Below, one piece after another: positions 60,160 through 64,000 of a stretch of 64,000 nucleotides of DNA. This DNA comes from Candidatus Bathyarchaeia archaeon. Lineage in GTDB: Archaea; Thermoproteota; CALKCG01; B24. The stretch spans positions 576,001-640,000 of the forward strand of contig JAVZJD010000001.1 in NCBI GenBank assembly GCA_038870975.1, in the 5' to 3' direction. Every line of letters begins with the position of its first letter. The stretch's first letter is position 1. The position numbers and the translations under genes are program-made. A model generated the notes under the pieces. That model had not been told where the DNA came from, did no database searches, and saw nothing but the letters and a program-made list of their open reading frames with translations.

Positions 60160-60199
60160 TCGAAACTCTTAATTAGCAGAAAAAAGAATAAACTTGAAT

Positions 60200-60264
60200 G
60201 GCGAATGAAGATAGGATGATTTACAGAGCGTAGAGCTATGAAGCCAGACGGGCGGACTGACGCC
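60200..60264 (+). ncRNA. Box C/D methylation guide sRNA (predicted target 16S rRNA C1402, E. coli numbering)
   Basis: Terminal stem GGCG/CGCC; C box ATGAAGA, 12-nt guide, D' CAGA, short hairpin, C' ATGAAGC, 12-nt guide CAGACGGGCGGA, D box CTGA. Confidence 0.85.
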
Positions 60265-60292
60265 TTCCACATGTCGTTGCAAATAATCGTCA

Positions 60293-61120
60293 CTAAAGCT
60301 CTTCTATCAGTTGCTCATAAAATGATAGATGCTTATTCGAATCTGCGTTGACAAACAATCTTCCAGAGCCTTTTTCATTAAGGTCCCCTATGAACGTGTA
60401 AAAGCGCCCTTTCAATCTTTCAGTCTCTACCCTAATACTCGGTCTAATTTCTTCAAAGCTAAAACTTGCGAGGATTGATGGAATATAGCCGAGCACGATT
60501 ATTCTACCATTTTTCATAAAAGCTCCAGCACCCATACCGCACCCACCTTTTATAAGTATAGTGCCGCCAATCATATGGATCCCTGGAAAACCGCCAACAT
60601 CACCATCAACCATGATCAGTCCGTTCTTCATTTTATAGCCTATATTCCAACCAGTTTTACCGTGAACCACTATAGTTCCTCCCCTCATGCCGAAGTTTTC
60701 ACCTCTATAAGCCCCTCCTAGAAAGTCTCCCACATCACCGTAGACCTCTATAGAGCCGCCTTTCATTTTAGCCCCTAACCATGGTCCAGCGGAGCCTTCT
60801 ATTATAATCTTACCACCTCTCATGGCTTCACCAAATCCTATGCCTGCTATTCCTTTAATTCGTATTATACCGCGGCTCATCTCTCTACCGATTCTCCTAA
60901 CTTTTGAGAAGTCTCCGATAAATTCAAGCGTAGTTTCTTCAGCCTCTCCAACTTCCTTTATCTTAAACAGCTCTTCCAAACGCTTCCTTTTATTTCCCTC
61001 GTAGACTTCAACGTTTAAGACCTCCGACAATTGCTTCTCTTCAAATAATTCAGGTTTTAAATTATCCGCTAATATTGGAAGCTTAAAATCGTAAGCTGGG
61101 GTTAACTGATAGATTTTCAA
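60293..61120 (-). CDS. fwdC: Formylmethanofuran dehydrogenase subunit C
   Basis: GxGxxM-x-GG beta-helix repeats; operon with fwdA and fwdB. Confidence 0.92.
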   Translation of the reverse strand: MKIYQLTPAYDFKLPILADNLKPELFEEKQLSEVLNVEVYEGNKRKRLEELFKIKEVGEAEETTLEFIGDFSKVRRIGREMSRGIIRIKGIAGIGFGEAMRGGKIIIEGSAGPWLGAKMKGGSIEVYGDVGDFLGGAYRGENFGMRGGTIVVHGKTGWNIGYKMKNGLIMVDGDVGGFPGIHMIGGTILIKGGCGMGAGAFMKNGRIIVLGYIPSILASFSFEEIRPSIRVETERLKGRFYTFIGDLNEKGSGRLFVNADSNKHLSFYEQLIEEL

Positions 61121-61121
61121 A

Positions 61122-62825
61122 TTAAATACCTCCCTTAATGCTTAATGGATGAGAATTAACGAGGAGACTTTCATCGGTAATATAGTTTTCAAATTCAACG
61201 GTATAATAATCTCTAAATCTTCTACGGATATCTGAAACAACTGAATCTTCAAGGTCTTTTGAAATTGATGGGTTAACCCAGAAAATCGCTCCATCAACAC
61301 TTTTAACTACTTCACCGTTTACACAAACTATATTCCCAGCTTTTATCGTATATGCAGCTTTTCTAAACGCCTTTCTAATCAACTTGTAGTCTCTAGATAG
61401 GTCAATATTACGCGGATTAAAGTTGTATATCGCTATATCTGCATCAGCTCCAACTCCGAGGTGCCCCTTTGAGCTTAAACCTAAAATCTTAGCAGTGCCA
61501 GCTCTAGTAATTATGGCTATCTCATAGAGGCTGTATTCTCTGTCAATACTGTTGAGTAATGTTCTCCTCAAGGCCCTAGGATTCACTTTTTTCATGGTGG
61601 CTTCTCTAGCCTTACGGCTTATAAGCCAGGCCATAACCCTTGGGTATTCAGTGAATGGCCCAGCATTCGGATGGTCTGTTGTGAGGAAAACCCTCCATGG
61701 GTCTTTAATTAATAGAGCAAGCTCAAGCCCTGTGATCCATTGAATTGCATGTACGTAGTTTCGCTTCTTATATCTAAATGGTACGACTCCAGCTGAAGTT
61801 TCACATTCTACATCTGCATTAACCCATTTATAGTCCGTTAAAAGGTGAAGTTGAAATTGAAATGGGCCATCTGCAGTCATTGTCGTAGCATTGGAGAATA
61901 TGACCTGGCCTATATCTATAACTACGTGAGAATGCTTGTTTACGTAGTCGGCTACTTCCGGCGCTCCTGAATATAATTCAATCCAACTTTCACCAGCATA
62001 AGAGTTAAACTGGCAGTGAGTCAAGTATATAATCGGTTTGGATCCATCATATAAGTCTCTAACACAATCCATAGTCTCTATGAGAGTTTTATAATTTCCA
62101 GGCTGTCCAAGCCTATTGGCGTGTACATGTATAGGATGGGGGGCGTTTATCATCAGATTAACCTTACACAATCCCCTTAAGATCTCCCTCGGCGTCAAAT
62201 TAAACCCAAGTACGTTATCATCTAGGTTTCTGACGTTTCTTCCCCATCCCCACGACTCTAAACCACCGGGGTTCACAATTTTTAAAGCATATCCTTTTAA
62301 AGACTTTAAAAGCCAAGCTGTATAAGCCGCACATTCTTTAATCATGCCTTTTTCAAGATACTCCATTATAAACCAGCAATCTCCTACAAGGGGGAAAGAA
62401 GCTTTATCTACTATGGGAATATCATTAAGCTCCTCAATTGTATGCTTCTGTTTAAGCATTGGAGTTGCGGGTTCTACAACCATGGTGTAACCCATTCTGG
62501 CGTAACGGTAGCCAGTTACGAAAGTCGAGGGGACTGTATATCCTACACCCGACCTCAAACCGGGTTTACGTAGCTCATAGTCTCTATAATGGTCTTCAGG
62601 CCTTAGAGCTCTACCCGAGTTGACCTTTGAACCTGCTACATGACTGTGTATATCTACTCCTCCAGGCATTACAACCATACCAGTCGCATTTATGACCTTA
62701 ACATCGGTCCCTTTAACGTCTTCTACTATTTTGCCATTTTCCACGGCAATATCGATAATTTCACCATCAATGCCATTTATCGGATCAAAAACAAGACCAT
62801 TTTTTATCAGCAGTTTTCCAGACAT
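61122..62825 (-). CDS. fwdA: Formylmethanofuran dehydrogenase subunit A
   Basis: GGVDIHSH, RPEDH, KIVNPGG, H-x-H, TTDHPNAGPF. Confidence 0.95.
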   Translation of the reverse strand: MSGKLLIKNGLVFDPINGIDGEIIDIAVENGKIVEDVKGTDVKVINATGMVVMPGGVDIHSHVAGSKVNSGRALRPEDHYRDYELRKPGLRSGVGYTVPSTFVTGYRYARMGYTMVVEPATPMLKQKHTIEELNDIPIVDKASFPLVGDCWFIMEYLEKGMIKECAAYTAWLLKSLKGYALKIVNPGGLESWGWGRNVRNLDDNVLGFNLTPREILRGLCKVNLMINAPHPIHVHANRLGQPGNYKTLIETMDCVRDLYDGSKPIIYLTHCQFNSYAGESWIELYSGAPEVADYVNKHSHVVIDIGQVIFSNATTMTADGPFQFQLHLLTDYKWVNADVECETSAGVVPFRYKKRNYVHAIQWITGLELALLIKDPWRVFLTTDHPNAGPFTEYPRVMAWLISRKAREATMKKVNPRALRRTLLNSIDREYSLYEIAIITRAGTAKILGLSSKGHLGVGADADIAIYNFNPRNIDLSRDYKLIRKAFRKAAYTIKAGNIVCVNGEVVKSVDGAIFWVNPSISKDLEDSVVSDIRRRFRDYYTVEFENYITDESLLVNSHPLSIKGGI

Positions 62826-64000
62826 CTATCTCAACCTCCTAAGTATATGGGTTAAAATCTCAACGTCTGATAAAATTCCAGGAGGAGGTTCGATAATCTT
62901 CTTGAGTTGTATAGGAACACCATCCATTCTATAAGCCGTTCCAGCAGTTTCAATTCCAACATAAGCAACTGGTATCGCAACGTCAGCCATTTTAACTGTC
63001 GGTGTTATACTCGGATCTAAAATGATGAGCTTTACGTTTTTAAGCTTTTCAACGATGGAATATGGCAGATGGCTACATGGATCAGCGCCTACGACAAAAA
63101 GTAGATCGCATTCACCTCTGGCTAATACATCCACAGCTGATGTTTCTCCGGGGTTATACCTTGGATAACCCATTGAGAAGTCTACGCAGAAAGGATACCC
63201 AGTTTGCCAAGTGAAGACTTCATTGGCTCCAGTTACATTGAAGTGACCTCTCATAGGAATCATTACAAACTTTGTTTTCTTATTCAGGTCTCTAGTAAGA
63301 GCTATAGCAGCCTCGATGTTATGTTCTTTTCCATAGCTCATCGTAAGACCTAAGCCGAAGAATAATGCTCCAAATCTTGCGTTAACCATTATATCGGCTA
63401 ATTCCTCAAGCTTTGCCACTGCAACACCGCCAACTTCTTCAACTTCTAAATCTAAATCGTTTATCAATGCTCTTAAAGCTGTTAAAATTTCAAAGTCAGT
63501 ATTTGGTCTAACTTGGATAAACATATCCGCCATTGCGGCCGTGGGCGTTTTCCTAACATCTACAACCACCATACGTCTGTCTTTTCTACCAGTTACAAAT
63601 CTACCAGTAGATAGAGGACCGTAGCGCATCATATGCCTAGGATGAGCTTCCAAAGGATTGCAACCCCAGTACAGTATTAGGTCCGCTCTATGTCTAACTT
63701 GTCCCAGCGTCGCTGAAGGGATTCCCATATCTTGAAGGCCTAGAATCGTTGGGCCATGACATACGACAGATATGTTGTCTGCAAGACCACCGGATAAATC
63801 GGCCATTTCTAAGCATAGCTTTATTGCTTCACAACTGGTACATCCAAACCCATAGAAGACAGGGTAGTTGGAACTTTTAACCATTTCCACGGTTTTTTCG
63901 ATTGCCTTTTCTAGACCTGTCTCTACAGACTCTCCGTTAACTTTAACCCGTGGTTTTAGAAGTCTATTTTCACTTACACTTAAGAATTTACCACGACCAA
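62826..64000 (-). CDS. fwdB: Formylmethanofuran dehydrogenase subunit B; 5' end beyond window
   Basis: Frame open to the window edge; CHGP (Cys form), WG-x-NP-x-x-AHPRH, PMRGHFNV, GYP, YRMD. Confidence 0.93.
   Translation of the reverse strand, partial: GRGKFLSVSENRLLKPRVKVNGESVETGLEKAIEKTVEMVKSSNYPVFYGFGCTSCEAIKLCLEMADLSGGLADNISVVCHGPTILGLQDMGIPSATLGQVRHRADLILYWGCNPLEAHPRHMMRYGPLSTGRFVTGRKDRRMVVVDVRKTPTAAMADMFIQVRPNTDFEILTALRALINDLDLEVEEVGGVAVAKLEELADIMVNARFGALFFGLGLTMSYGKEHNIEAAIALTRDLNKKTKFVMIPMRGHFNVTGANEVFTWQTGYPFCVDFSMGYPRYNPGETSAVDVLARGECDLLFVVGADPCSHLPYSIVEKLKNVKLIILDPSITPTVKMADVAIPVAYVGIETAGTAYRMDGVPIQLKKIIEPPPGILSDVEILTHILRRLR

Noticed and set aside
62826-64000. Selenocysteine in FwdB
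   Set aside because: The metal-ligand position is Cys (CHGP) and there is no in-frame TGA in the visible part.
1-64000. CRISPR array, IS elements, rRNA genes
   Set aside because: No regularly spaced repeats, transposase motifs or rRNA-like stretches were seen. The GACGGGCGG match at 60247 is an antisense guide, not rRNA.

Overview
This is 64 kb of an archaeal chromosome at roughly 40% GC (by eye). It is most consistent with a TACK archaeon, probably Bathyarchaeia, inferred from the combination of PolD DP2, Elf1, SmAP3, a ribophorin-I-like protein, Fwd, F420 enzymes and several URO-D/MtaA-fold paralogs. About 1-29 kb is a carbohydrate and accessory region: GH2, heparinase II/III, a glycogen cluster, apionate-type genes, F420-dependent LLM enzymes, MFS transporters and two decayed genes. 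About 29-64 kb is mostly housekeeping and cofactor genes (archease, nop5, rpl37e, Sm, endoQ, tgtA, elf1, GGGP synthase, polC, ogg, AOR, larBC, rps8e, tRNA-Lys with intron, cofE, methanogen-type serS, fwdBAC). Main signals the ORF track does not explain: (1) the apparently frameshifted endoQ gene is interrupted by a 19-nt insert (33048-33066) that folds into a canonical bulge-helix-bulge; splicing it restores the frame and the conserved GKYH motif, making it a candidate protein-coding mRNA intron. (2) An unannotated box C/D sRNA (60200-60264) has a D guide predicting 2'-O-methylation of 16S C1402 in the decoding centre. (3) An apnO/oiaC-like pair suggests D-apionate catabolism in an archaeon. 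(4) A long hairpin leader precedes the single-TRAM gene. All product calls come from motif recognition by eye; no database search was run.
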